Assembly: GCA_022573895.1 (NCBI GenBank)
Contig: JACZTB010000004.1
Location: 6,423 to 38,422, forward strand
From: Nitrososphaerota archaeon
GTDB taxonomy: Archaea; Thermoproteota; Nitrososphaeria; Nitrososphaerales; Nitrosopumilaceae
DNA: 32,000 nt
Direction of reading: 5' to 3'
This document shows, piece by piece, positions 9,812-18,822 of the stretch (its first letter is position 1; each line of letters opens with the position of its first letter). Below the pieces are notes generated by a model. That model was not told where the DNA came from and made no database searches. It saw nothing but the letters and a program-made list of their open reading frames with translations. Both the position numbers and the translations under genes were made by a program.

Positions 9812-10522
9812 ATGATTTTCTTAGGAATTCATAAAATGTACAATTGGAATAGTGTCTCTGAGTCAAACGGCTATAAACATCTAGGGTTAATATTGTTTGG
9901 TGCAGCAGCCTCTCTTGCAGTTATCTTATTTCTAATTTTTCACCCTCAAATTGAGTCTATCAACAAGGAATCTCCTATTTTGATCAATATCATGTTCATT
10001 CCTGCTATGGCAGTAGGATTTCTTTATGGGGTTAGAATTACAGAACGAGCAGTCAACCCTTCAAAAATTCGCAGCGGATTAAAAAGATCAATTGTAAAAC
10101 TCTTCTTATTCCTTTTTGTTATTGGTGGTATGTTCAGCTCTGTAAACTTTGCAATAAACGGAGGTAGTCTAATGCCTAACGTTACAATTTTAGAAGATGG
10201 ACTTTTGGTTTGGTTAAATGCATTTGTCACAGTAAATGGCGGAGCAACTTTCCTAATTATTTCAAGTATTGCATTGATGGCAGCAGCTTCTAAAAGAATT
10301 GTTGGAATGAACTTTGGATTTTTAAATAGAATGGTGACATTTGTTGGAACCTTTGTATTCTTTACAATGCTTGTTCTAAGTTTCACAAAGTCTGATCCTA
10401 CATCATCAGGTGTTTTTTTGTATACCTTTTATCAAGCAGGAATTGTTGGTGGCGCATTTTACGCAATGAATAAACTAACAAAAAATAAAAACATGTTAGA
10501 GGACTTTAGTAACGAATACTAG
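9812..10522 (+). CDS. Polytopic membrane protein, unknown function
   Basis: 236 aa, about 6 TM helices. Its C-terminal region is paralogous to the 24284..24856 product (shared S.FT...P(S/T)...V.LY..YQ.GI..G......K.K.K). Confidence 0.65.
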   Translation: MIFLGIHKMYNWNSVSESNGYKHLGLILFGAAASLAVILFLIFHPQIESINKESPILINIMFIPAMAVGFLYGVRITERAVNPSKIRSGLKRSIVKLFLFLFVIGGMFSSVNFAINGGSLMPNVTILEDGLLVWLNAFVTVNGGATFLIISSIALMAAASKRIVGMNFGFLNRMVTFVGTFVFFTMLVLSFTKSDPTSSGVFLYTFYQAGIVGGAFYAMNKLTKNKNMLEDFSNEY

Positions 10523-10524
10523 TT

Positions 10525-10773
10525 TTACTTATCAAAGTCTACATAAATTCCTGAGATCTCGTTGTTGATTCTATCCCAGTATTTTTCACAACCATCTGAT
10601 TTGAAGTCATTCTCCTTGCATTCATTGAAAAAACTTGTATTACCTCTTTGGATGTTATCTGAAAAGAGTACATCACTACCAATTGCTAATGCTATAATAC
10701 CAATTGCTGTGAGACTTGCGGCAACCACAATCATTGCAAATCCTGCTTGTGCACGATTACTATAGCCTGTCAT
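10525..10773 (-). CDS. Small N-terminally anchored protein with Cys-containing ectodomain
   Basis: 82 aa. One TM helix (FAMIVVAASLTAIGIIALAIG). Two Cys in the soluble part. Confidence 0.5.
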   Translation of the reverse strand: MTGYSNRAQAGFAMIVVAASLTAIGIIALAIGSDVLFSDNIQRGNTSFFNECKENDFKSDGCEKYWDRINNEISGIYVDFDK

Positions 10774-10878
10774 TTACGAAAAATCCATGACTCTTGAATT
10801 TAATCTTTTCAAGTTTGGATTTTGCGATCAAATTGTGATACTTTTGTGGTAATTTGAGAAAAAAAGAAAAGAGAGTGC

Positions 10879-11394
10879 TTGAAAATACCTTTATTGAGCA
10901 TTCAAATTCTTCAATATGAGTTTCTTGGACCTATTCCTCTTAATGAATGGGGACCTCCAATGGAAAAACTTGTATTTTTAATCTTGTCTAGAGAGAAGGA
11001 CAATTTCAAAATAGTTTATGTTGGTGATTGTGAAAAAACTGATAACAAATCTTTTTTTGTTCAACACTTACATTTCAAATGTTGGGTCCAACAATCAGGT
11101 ACTGAAAAGTCTTTGTATCTTGCAATATTGCCTATGTTTGAATCAAGTAATGATTATAGACAAAATGTGCTCAATAAGATAATGACTCATTACAAACCCC
11201 CTTGTAATTCTGTTGATGTTCCTGAATCAAAACCTGATTATGTAGTTCGAAAAATAGAAGAACCTAGTTTAAAATCAGAAAAATTCTTTTGTCCTTGCTG
11301 TGGTTTTGAAATGAAACCTGAAAAAATTCTTGAAAAATCTACTCTCTATCGTTGCACTGGTTGTGGAATGAGTGATACTAAGCTTAACTCTTGA
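10879..11394 (+). CDS. Hypothetical protein with C-terminal Zn-ribbon; N-terminal domain remotely GIY-YIG-like
   Basis: 171 aa from a TTG start; ATG alternative at MEKLVFL. C-terminal CPCCG...x17...CTGCG zinc ribbon. See the findings for the N-terminal domain. Confidence 0.6.
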   Translation: MKIPLLSIQILQYEFLGPIPLNEWGPPMEKLVFLILSREKDNFKIVYVGDCEKTDNKSFFVQHLHFKCWVQQSGTEKSLYLAILPMFESSNDYRQNVLNKIMTHYKPPCNSVDVPESKPDYVVRKIEEPSLKSEKFFCPCCGFEMKPEKILEKSTLYRCTGCGMSDTKLNS

Positions 11395-11617
11395 CTTTGT
11401 TTTGTACATCAAACAATTGTAACATTAACAAGTCAATTGCTTTTTTCAAATGCTGAAATTCATTGATTGAATGCATTTGACCTTCCACTAACGCTCTCAT
11501 AATTTTGATTGAATTTTTTTGATAATCATCTGACGCAACAATTTCCATAGCATTAAGTTTTGATAATATGTTGTCCAGGTCTTTAATCATTTCATCTGAT
11601 GGTTTATGTTTGTCCAT
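11384..11617 (-). CDS. Hypothetical small helical protein
   Basis: 77-aa ORF with an ATG start and helical composition. Its 3' end overlaps the convergent gene by 11 nt. Confidence 0.45.
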   Translation of the reverse strand: MDKHKPSDEMIKDLDNILSKLNAMEIVASDDYQKNSIKIMRALVEGQMHSINEFQHLKKAIDLLMLQLFDVQNKVKS

Positions 11618-11650
11618 AACTTATCTGAAAAGATTTTGATATATGAATCG

Positions 11651-11803
11651 TTACAAGAGTTCTTCATCAATCTTTTCAATTGGATCCAAGAACTGTTGAC
11701 ATGTACAGGTTGGAATTTGACATTTACCTGCCTTGATAATTGAACTACTATCTTCATTTAGAACATGTATTTCATCTGTATGGTGACATCTCTTACAATT
11801 CAT
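11651..11803 (-). CDS. Unannotated 50-aa Cys/His-rich small protein (putative zinc-binding)
   Basis: Hand translation: MNCKRCHHTDEIHVLNEDSSSIIKAGKCQIPTCTCQQFLDPIEKIDEELL*. ATG start and TAA stop. Fills an otherwise empty 220-nt gap. Below the track's 60-aa cut-off. Confidence 0.45.
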   Translation of the reverse strand: MNCKRCHHTDEIHVLNEDSSSIIKAGKCQIPTCTCQQFLDPIEKIDEELL

Positions 11804-11840
11804 AGCAAAAAATCAATTTCTCTAATATCTAAGCCCGAAG

Positions 11841-12875
11841 TTAAGGAATTAAGACTGCTCTTGCCTCAATTTCTGAATCTTTCAATTTTTTGAGTACTTC
11901 ATTTGCGCTTTCTAATGGAAATGTTTGAGAAATCACTTCAATGTTTTTTTCATCACATATCTTTATGACTTGTTCCATGTCTTTTGTTGAACCTATTAGT
12001 GTTCCCCTGATTGTCTTTTCTTCAAATGCCATAAATGCTGGATTTTTTCCAACTGTTGCAATTACAATCAATCCCCCCTTCTTTACTGATTTTATCGCAG
12101 TATCAGTAACAATATCTGCTGGTGCAAAAACTATAGCAGCATCTAACATTCCATGTTTTTCTTTTAATTTATCTAGAAACTCATCTTGATTTTCAGTAAA
12201 AGTCATTGTATCTATTACACCTAATCTTTTTGCAACATCGAGATGATTTTGAGTTCGGGAAAATGCAATTACATCACAATTTTCTATTTTGGCAAATTGA
12301 ATTGCCATGTGGCCAACTCCACCAATTCCAAAAATTCCAATTTTTTTATGTAGTTTTGGTTCTACAGCTTTGATTGCTTTGTATGCTGTGATTCCTGCAC
12401 AAAATAATGGTGCAGCATATTCTGGTTTCATACTTTCTGGAACCTTTGTTGCAAAATCTTCTATCACTGTAATGTATTCTGTATATCCTCCCTTGAAAGA
12501 TTCTCCTGTTATTGTTGATGATTCGCAAAGATTCTCTTTTCCTTCTTTGCAATATTGACAATCTTTACATGTCTCAAGAAGTGGGGTGATCCCTGCTCTA
12601 TCTCCAACTTTGAATTTAGTAACATTATCTCCAATCTGAACTACTTTTCCAACTATTTCATGACCTGGAACTGTTGGAAGAGTTGGTGGAATTCCTATGT
12701 CTTTCCAATCTCCTTCAATCCCGTGTAACTGTGAGTGACAAACTCCACATGCTTCAATTTTTAGTAAAATCTCCTTTGGTCTTTGAATTTCATGCTTGTC
12801 TATTTCGGTTAGTTTCAATGGATTTGTCTCAATTGCAGCACATTCAGAAAGTACCATTGCTCGCATTTTTTCCAT
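11841..12875 (-). CDS. Zinc-dependent alcohol dehydrogenase (MDR superfamily)
   Basis: 344 aa. Catalytic Zn motif CGVCHSQLH + GHEIVGKV. Structural Zn cluster CKDCQYCKEGKENLC. NAD Rossmann motif GIFGIGGVGH. Confidence 0.9.
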   Translation of the reverse strand: MEKMRAMVLSECAAIETNPLKLTEIDKHEIQRPKEILLKIEACGVCHSQLHGIEGDWKDIGIPPTLPTVPGHEIVGKVVQIGDNVTKFKVGDRAGITPLLETCKDCQYCKEGKENLCESSTITGESFKGGYTEYITVIEDFATKVPESMKPEYAAPLFCAGITAYKAIKAVEPKLHKKIGIFGIGGVGHMAIQFAKIENCDVIAFSRTQNHLDVAKRLGVIDTMTFTENQDEFLDKLKEKHGMLDAAIVFAPADIVTDTAIKSVKKGGLIVIATVGKNPAFMAFEEKTIRGTLIGSTKDMEQVIKICDEKNIEVISQTFPLESANEVLKKLKDSEIEARAVLIP

Positions 12876-12948
12876 AATTTTAAAAATAAAGCAAGAAATT
12901 TTAAGATTTGCACATTAGAAAAATAAAGGGCTGATACTGTATCATACT

Positions 12949-13182
12949 ATGACTCAAATTTCAAATGCAGATCGTGAAAGAGTCAAACTATTACGGCTTG
13001 TTTCAGACTCAAAAAATGAATTCAAAAAACTCTCCCTGGAACAATTAAAACGCCTGGAAGAACTAGTTGAAAAAAAAGATTACAGTCATGACAAAAAAGC
13101 CCACAAATCAAAAGTGAAATTACTTGGAAAAATCAATGTTAGGATTTATGAATTAACAGAAGGAAGAAGTATCTGGGGCTAA
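12949..13182 (+). CDS. Hypothetical small charged or coiled protein
   Basis: 77-aa ORF, ATG start, K/E-rich helical composition. Confidence 0.45.
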   Translation: MTQISNADRERVKLLRLVSDSKNEFKKLSLEQLKRLEELVEKKDYSHDKKAHKSKVKLLGKINVRIYELTEGRSIWG

Positions 13183-13225
13183 CCAAACCAATTAAGTACA
13201 AATATTCTAACGATTTTAATTAACT

Positions 13226-15253
13226 ATGGCAGAAAACCGTCTCATTAATGAAACAAGTCCATATTTGCTTCAGCATGCACACAACCCTGTTGATTGGTAT
13301 GCATGGAATGATGAGACATTAAAAAAAGCAAAAGATGAAAACAAGCCAATTTTTCTGAGTATTGGATATAGCTCATGTCACTGGTGCCATGTAATGGCAC
13401 ACGAATCATTTGAAAATGAAGAAGTCGCCAAATTTATGAACGAGAATTTTGTGAACATAAAGGTTGACCGAGAAGAAAGACCTGATATTGATGATATCTA
13501 TCAAAAAGTCTGTCAGATAGCAACAGGTCAAGGTGGCTGGCCTTTGAGTATTTTTCTTACACCCGATCAAAAACCATTCTATGTTGGAACTTATTTTCCT
13601 GTATTGGATACTTATGGACGTAAAGGATTTGGAAGCATTTGCAGACAACTCTCACAAGCATGGAAAGAAAAACCAAAAGATATTGAAAAGTCTGCTGAGA
13701 GTTTTCTTGATGCACTACAAAAAACTGAAACTCACAATGTTCAGTCAAAATTAGAACGAATCATCCTTGATGAAGCTGCTATGAATCTGTTTCAATTAGG
13801 CGATTCAAGTTATGGTGGCTTCGGCTCTGCTCCTAAATTTCCTAATGCTGCAAATGTTTCGTTTTTATTTCGTTATGCTAAACTTTCAGGTCTCTCAAAA
13901 TTCAATGAATTTGCGCTCAAAACTCTAACCAAAATGGCAAAGGGTGGGATCTTTGATCAAATTGGAGGTGGTTTTCATAGATATTCCACTGATGTAAAAT
14001 GGTTGGTTCCTCATTTTGAAAAGATGCTCTATGACAATGCTTTGATTCCTGTAAATTATGCAGAAGCTTACCAAATAACAAAAGATCCTTTTTATCTTGA
14101 TGTATTACAAAAAACACTTAATTTTGTACTACGTGAAATGACTTTACCTGAAGGCGGATTTTATTCTGCATATGATGCAGACTCGGAAGGAATAGAGGGA
14201 AAATTCTACGTTTGGAAGAAAAGTGAAATTGAAGAAATCCTTGGAAATGATGCTGATCTCTTTTGTCTTTATTATGATGTTACCGATGGAGGAAATTGGG
14301 AAGGAAATAACATTCTGTGTAATAATCTTAACATCTCTACAGTTGGGTTTAATTTTGGAATCCCAGAAGAGAAAGTTCGAGAGATTTTAAAATTATGCTC
14401 TGAAAAATTATTAAAAGTTCGTTCAATGAGAGTTCCACCAGGCTTGGATGATAAGATTTTGGTTTCGTGGAATTCATTAATGATTACCGCATTTGCAAAA
14501 GGCTATCGTGTAACAAATGATCCAAAGTATCTAAATGCTGCAAAAACATGTATTGCCTTCATTGAAAGCAATCTTTTTGCGGATGGCAAGCTATTACGGA
14601 CTTACAAAAATGGAACTGCAAAAATTGATGGATATCTTGAAGATTACTCATATTTTGCTAATGCATTATTGGATGTATTTGAGATTGAACCTGAACCTAA
14701 ATATCTGAAGTTAGCTTTGAAACTAGGCCATCATTTAGTAAATCACTTTTGGGATTCTGAGAACAATAGCTTTTTTATGACTTCAGATAATCATGAAAAA
14801 CTAATCATTCGACCAAAAAGCAATCATGATTTATCTTTACCATCAGGAAATTCTGTTTCTGCTTTTGTAATGCTTAGGTTGTATCATATGTCTCAAGAGC
14901 AAAATTTCCTTGAAATTGCTACGAAAATTTTGGAATTCCAGGCACAAATGGCAGCAGAAAACCCTTTTGGATTTGGATATCTACTTAACATAATTTCAAT
15001 CTATTTGCAAAAACCCGTTGAAATTACCATTATCAACACAGAAAATTCTGAGATCTGCAAATCTCTTCTTACAAATTATTTACCTAATTCCTTTATAGTA
15101 ACAATTCAAAATTCTACTCAGTTAAAAAATTTATCTGAATATCCTTTCTTTGCTGGAAAAACTTTTGAAGATAAAACTTCTGTTTTTGTTTGCAAGGATT
15201 TTTCTTGTTCTCTACCATTACATACAATTGACGAGATAAATTCACATCTTTAG
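13226..15253 (+). CDS. Thioredoxin-domain protein of the DUF255/YyaL (SPATA20-like) family
   Basis: 675 aa. N-terminal [16 protein letters not shown]......[20 protein letters not shown] signature, followed by a long alpha/alpha-toroid-like region. Confidence 0.9.
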   Translation: MAENRLINETSPYLLQHAHNPVDWYAWNDETLKKAKDENKPIFLSIGYSSCHWCHVMAHESFENEEVAKFMNENFVNIKVDREERPDIDDIYQKVCQIATGQGGWPLSIFLTPDQKPFYVGTYFPVLDTYGRKGFGSICRQLSQAWKEKPKDIEKSAESFLDALQKTETHNVQSKLERIILDEAAMNLFQLGDSSYGGFGSAPKFPNAANVSFLFRYAKLSGLSKFNEFALKTLTKMAKGGIFDQIGGGFHRYSTDVKWLVPHFEKMLYDNALIPVNYAEAYQITKDPFYLDVLQKTLNFVLREMTLPEGGFYSAYDADSEGIEGKFYVWKKSEIEEILGNDADLFCLYYDVTDGGNWEGNNILCNNLNISTVGFNFGIPEEKVREILKLCSEKLLKVRSMRVPPGLDDKILVSWNSLMITAFAKGYRVTNDPKYLNAAKTCIAFIESNLFADGKLLRTYKNGTAKIDGYLEDYSYFANALLDVFEIEPEPKYLKLALKLGHHLVNHFWDSENNSFFMTSDNHEKLIIRPKSNHDLSLPSGNSVSAFVMLRLYHMSQEQNFLEIATKILEFQAQMAAENPFGFGYLLNIISIYLQKPVEITIINTENSEICKSLLTNYLPNSFIVTIQNSTQLKNLSEYPFFAGKTFEDKTSVFVCKDFSCSLPLHTIDEINSHL

Positions 15254-15627
15254 ATTTTTTTCAAATCCACCTCAATTATATTTCCAACTTGAGGTCTTCC
15301 CATATTGACATATCTTGATTTTGGCATTGTTATTGTGATTTGTGTTTGTTGATAGGTTTTGATATTAATAGTTGGTTGAGCTTGCAATATTGCTTCTAGT
15401 AATGGCATAACTTGTTCTTTAGTTTCTGAATCAAGTTTTTTTGAAACATTTTCTATAATCAATTGTTTCTGTGAAACTGGCTCGGTTGAAACATTTTCAA
15501 TTAATGTCAATTGAACCATTTGAGTGCTATCCACTATCTGTGTAATTTTAAATTCATTTATTTCCGACAATACTTTATTTGATTTTCTTAATGATTTATC
15601 TTTAACGAATTGAGAAATATAGTGCAA
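15250..15627 (-). CDS. Hypothetical protein, probably the distal part of a frame-disrupted membrane-anchored gene
   Basis: 125-aa ORF that needs a TTG start; its first ATG is 35 codons in. An upstream 30-aa signal-anchor ORF (15602..15694) overlaps it in the -1-relative frame. Confidence 0.5.
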   Translation of the reverse strand: MHYISQFVKDKSLRKSNKVLSEINEFKITQIVDSTQMVQLTLIENVSTEPVSQKQLIIENVSKKLDSETKEQVMPLLEAILQAQPTINIKTYQQTQITITMPKSRYVNMGRPQVGNIIEVDLKKI

Positions 15628-15694
15628 ATACAGCTAATGCCACAGCTGAGGACACTCCAAGCCCAAAGATGATTTTACTTCCATCTACCTTCAT
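15602..15694 (-). CDS. 30-aa signal-anchor ORF ([30 protein letters not shown]), likely the N-terminus of the 15250..15627 gene
   Basis: Hand translation. ATG start and a classic TM helix. It ends inside the first 26 nt of the downstream ORF, one frame off. Confidence 0.35.
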   Translation of the reverse strand: MKVDGSKIIFGLGVSSAVALAVFALYFSIR

Positions 15695-15835
15695 AGTTCT
15701 TTTTTCTTGCAAATGCCATTAAACTGTAACTAATTTTCTGTTTTTTGAAAACCACTTTACAGATATTTCTACGAAGTGTCTTGATGGGAAATTCATTATT
15801 CTTGCTATCACAACTTTGCAATTAAAAATAATAAA

Positions 15836-16183
15836 TTATGAATTATTTTCTATCAATTCTTGTTCAGGCTCATTTTCTGATTTCTTTTCATCTATTTGCA
15901 GATTAGATGATTCAAGTATGGATTTTTTGATTAATGGGGCTCGTTCTTTTATTATCTGATTAAATTCTTGCATATCTTCTAAACTTGGTGTTTGTTGCTG
16001 GTTTTGATATGCTTGCAAAAATCCAGAATACACACACCCTGTGATGATTCCAAATGTTGTGTCTGGAACAGATTCTATCTCTGGCACAAAATTTTCTGCA
16101 ATTTGTCTATATGATTCTGATTCACTAATGTAGTAATCAATTAAACTATTGATGAAATCTTTATTCTCTTTAGAAATTACCAT
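15836..16183 (-). CDS. Hypothetical acidic protein
   Basis: 115-aa ORF with an ATG start. No motif recognised. Confidence 0.55.
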   Translation of the reverse strand: MVISKENKDFINSLIDYYISESESYRQIAENFVPEIESVPDTTFGIITGCVYSGFLQAYQNQQQTPSLEDMQEFNQIIKERAPLIKKSILESSNLQIDEKKSENEPEQELIENNS

Positions 16184-16259
16184 ACTTTTTCTCCTTTTCC
16201 TAGTTTATTTAATTGTCTTTGATTAATCGTTTATTTATTCATAAATTATTTTCTAGATA

Positions 16260-16715
16260 TTGTGGAAATTAGACTTGGATGAAGGTTATTTTCGTATATA
16301 TGATTCCAAAAAATTGATTGCAGGATATTTTGATCCTGATTATGGTGAAATTCACGCAAAAGAAAATCCTGAAGAAATTATTTCATCAATGTTAAAAAAT
16401 AATGACAAAATTTTGGGTGGAGTGATTATGGTTCCTCTTGTTAAGTTTGGATTATTTGACACTGATTTGGATACTAGTATTTCTGAAGTAGAGCAAAATG
16501 TTAATCGAGTAACCAAGCATTTGCAAAAATGGAAAAATTTCTTATCTCAAACCAACCGTCATGTTCACTCTATTAGGATATCTCACACTGATCAAGATAT
16601 GTTGACTATTACTTTTAAAGTAAAATTTTCAAAACCAACACCTCTTAAAAAAATAAAACTAATGGAAGAAATTTTTCCTACTTTAGATTTGTTACAGAAA
16701 TTAGGCTTGGTATAA
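16260..16715 (+). CDS. Hypothetical protein
   Basis: 151-aa ORF from a TTG start, with globular-looking composition. Its 3' end overlaps the convergent gene by 38 nt. Confidence 0.5.
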   Translation: MWKLDLDEGYFRIYDSKKLIAGYFDPDYGEIHAKENPEEIISSMLKNNDKILGGVIMVPLVKFGLFDTDLDTSISEVEQNVNRVTKHLQKWKNFLSQTNRHVHSIRISHTDQDMLTITFKVKFSKPTPLKKIKLMEEIFPTLDLLQKLGLV

Positions 16716-17436
16716 TTCTACCTGAATATCTTGTGATCCCAATATATACAAACAGTGTACCTACTAGCAAAACAAGTGTTCCAACCGGAAATTCTGGAAC
16801 AGCTGCGTATTCTTCAGATTCTGCAATCAACGTATAATCATTTATCGAACTAGTTTGAATTTTATCAGGTATTGTCACTACAAAAAACACATAATCATCT
16901 GCTCTAAGGTAATCTGGTTCTGGATGGATTCTGGATACTGCTGCAACATTTCCTTCTTTGTCGTAAAGTGTCGCAATCACTGCCACATTATTAGCTGTGA
17001 TATCTCCTCTATTAGTAACAATTCCAGTAATCATCAAATTATTATAATTATCTTTAAACAACTCTGATTCAGTAATGTCTATGACCTGACTTTTTGGAGT
17101 ACTAACCTTGTAATCTAATTCTAATGAATACGATTTAGTTTTTTTTGCTTCATTATTTGTTAAAATTAAATCAAATGGCCCTTTCATTCCTGGCATGATC
17201 ATATTTACTAAGGAACTTGTTTCCTTTATTGCAATCAGGTATCCCTTTTCATCAAGCAAAGTAATGTGAATATTAATTTGGTTTAACGGAACTTGTAAAT
17301 TATTTTTAATTTCACCAACAATATGAAGTGCTTCATCGTCCCCAATGTATTGCTGATCATTTTGGATAAATACTTCTCCAAATGCTAATGGTGTTAATCC
17401 CACAAAAACAATTGTAATGATGAAAAATTTTTCCAC
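16678..17436 (-). CDS. Secreted protein with two FxLYD-type domains and a PEFG-CTERM-like (PEFP) C-terminal sorting signal
   Basis: 252 aa, GTG start, N-terminal signal peptide. Two ~85-aa repeats with (I/A)TL(L/Y)D(E/K)(K/E)G motifs (ITLLDEKGY, ATLYDKEGN). C-terminus is AVPEFPVGTLVLLVGTLFVYIGITRYSGR. Confidence 0.75.
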   Translation of the reverse strand: MEKFFIITIVFVGLTPLAFGEVFIQNDQQYIGDDEALHIVGEIKNNLQVPLNQINIHITLLDEKGYLIAIKETSSLVNMIMPGMKGPFDLILTNNEAKKTKSYSLELDYKVSTPKSQVIDITESELFKDNYNNLMITGIVTNRGDITANNVAVIATLYDKEGNVAAVSRIHPEPDYLRADDYVFFVVTIPDKIQTSSINDYTLIAESEEYAAVPEFPVGTLVLLVGTLFVYIGITRYSGRIIPSLISVTNLK

Positions 17437-17527
17437 AATTCATTTGTGTTGTTTTCTTTAAAGAAGTTTATGTCAAATGTCTTATGTTATTAGTAATCTT
17501 GGATAGTATATTTGAAAATTTTTATCG

Positions 17528-18217
17528 TTAAGGAAGATGCTTAATCTTCCATTTTTCTGCCTGATTGATACAATTGAACCAATCAATTTCTATTTTATCT
17601 GAATCAAATTCATCTGATTCGTTTCTAAATTCTTTATCACATCTACTTTTCATATTATCTGTTACTTGAATGACTTTTTGTGTTAAACCACTTTGCGGGG
17701 CTTGAAACTTTTCTCTTTCCTCATAATTTTTTACACCTGTTTTAGCTGAATAAAATTCAACTAATCCTAACATCTCATATTCTAAAGCTTCTTGAAATTG
17801 CGTGTCTGATCTTACTTTTGCTGATTCATCTCCTGTTTTCATCCATTCAATGAATTGTGAATCGCTTTTTAACTGAGTTTTAGATGAGATCTTTAACAAT
17901 TCTACTGAACTCTTGAACAGTTCTGGCGGCATTAATTCATCATATTTGAGAATTATTTCTTTGAACTCCTTCAAATGTTTTTCATAGTATTCGAACAATT
18001 CTTCTTTTGAAATATCTCCTTCGTCCCATCTAGTTTTCTCAGAATAGAATTTTATTTGTAACTCTTGGACCTCTTCTTGAATTTGTTCTAATCCAATTCC
18101 AAACTGTAGGCCTCTTTGCTTGGTTTGTTCAACTGAATAATTGTATGCCGCAATTGATCCAATAATGAGAATAGCAATTGAAACAATTATGATGTTTTGA
18201 ATTTTCTTTTTCTTCAA
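17528..18217 (-). CDS. N-terminally anchored helical protein, unknown function
   Basis: 229 aa. TTG start overlaps the upstream stop (TTGA). KKKK + TM anchor, then E/K-rich helical ectodomain with 2 Cys near the C-terminus. Confidence 0.6.
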   Translation of the reverse strand: MKKKKIQNIIIVSIAILIIGSIAAYNYSVEQTKQRGLQFGIGLEQIQEEVQELQIKFYSEKTRWDEGDISKEELFEYYEKHLKEFKEIILKYDELMPPELFKSSVELLKISSKTQLKSDSQFIEWMKTGDESAKVRSDTQFQEALEYEMLGLVEFYSAKTGVKNYEEREKFQAPQSGLTQKVIQVTDNMKSRCDKEFRNESDEFDSDKIEIDWFNCINQAEKWKIKHLP

Positions 18218-18504
18218 AGATTATCTGTATAATTTCCATCTTCGTCTAATTTTAGTTCGATTTTAAATTCAGTACCGCTGATAAATGAATCATTGCGAGT
18301 CGTTCTGACTCTTCCTATAACAAGTTCGTATGGCCAAATCTCAACTACTATTGCACCAACTTTAGCAGTTGGTGTTTCTGTTAGTACCATATCTTCACGC
18401 TTCACTCCATGTTTTTCTAGCATGTGAATAGTATGATCTATTAGTGGTTGAGGGTTGTTATAATTTAACACCCAAACCGTTCCTTCATAATCAATTTTTT
18501 GCAA
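18214..18504 (-). CDS. Hypothetical 96-aa protein
   Basis: ORF with a TTG start, translationally coupled to the 17528..18217 gene. Confidence 0.5.
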   Translation of the reverse strand: MQKIDYEGTVWVLNYNNPQPLIDHTIHMLEKHGVKREDMVLTETPTAKVGAIVVEIWPYELVIGRVRTTRNDSFISGTEFKIELKLDEDGNYTDNL

Positions 18505-18536
18505 TTTGAAATAATTCCGATTAACTCCTATAACAA

Positions 18537-18770
18537 TTATTCGGGATTAGTCACATTTAGTGTCATTGTACTTACAACTCTGGAGAGTTTTCTAATTGTC
18601 GCAATTGCTTTTGCAAATTCTTTTTGATTTTCTACTTCAATTTCTGCAATTACGTCATATGCGCCAAAAGTAAGATATGCATGGCTGATAACTTGCATAT
18701 GTTTTAACTCATCTACAATATATTCTTCAGCACCAAGATCACAATTTAATAAAATGAATCCTCTGTTCAT
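18537..18770 (-). CDS. Stand-alone Lrp/AsnC ligand-binding (RAM) domain protein
   Basis: 77 aa. GFILLNCDLG.......L........AYLTFGAYDVIAEIEV pattern. Paralogue of 9296..9526. Confidence 0.7.
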   Translation of the reverse strand: MNRGFILLNCDLGAEEYIVDELKHMQVISHAYLTFGAYDVIAEIEVENQKEFAKAIATIRKLSRVVSTMTLNVTNPE

Positions 18771-18822
18771 TACTTTATCTTAGAATAATTTACAAAGTTC
18801 AAGTCTTTAAGTTTTGCAGTTC

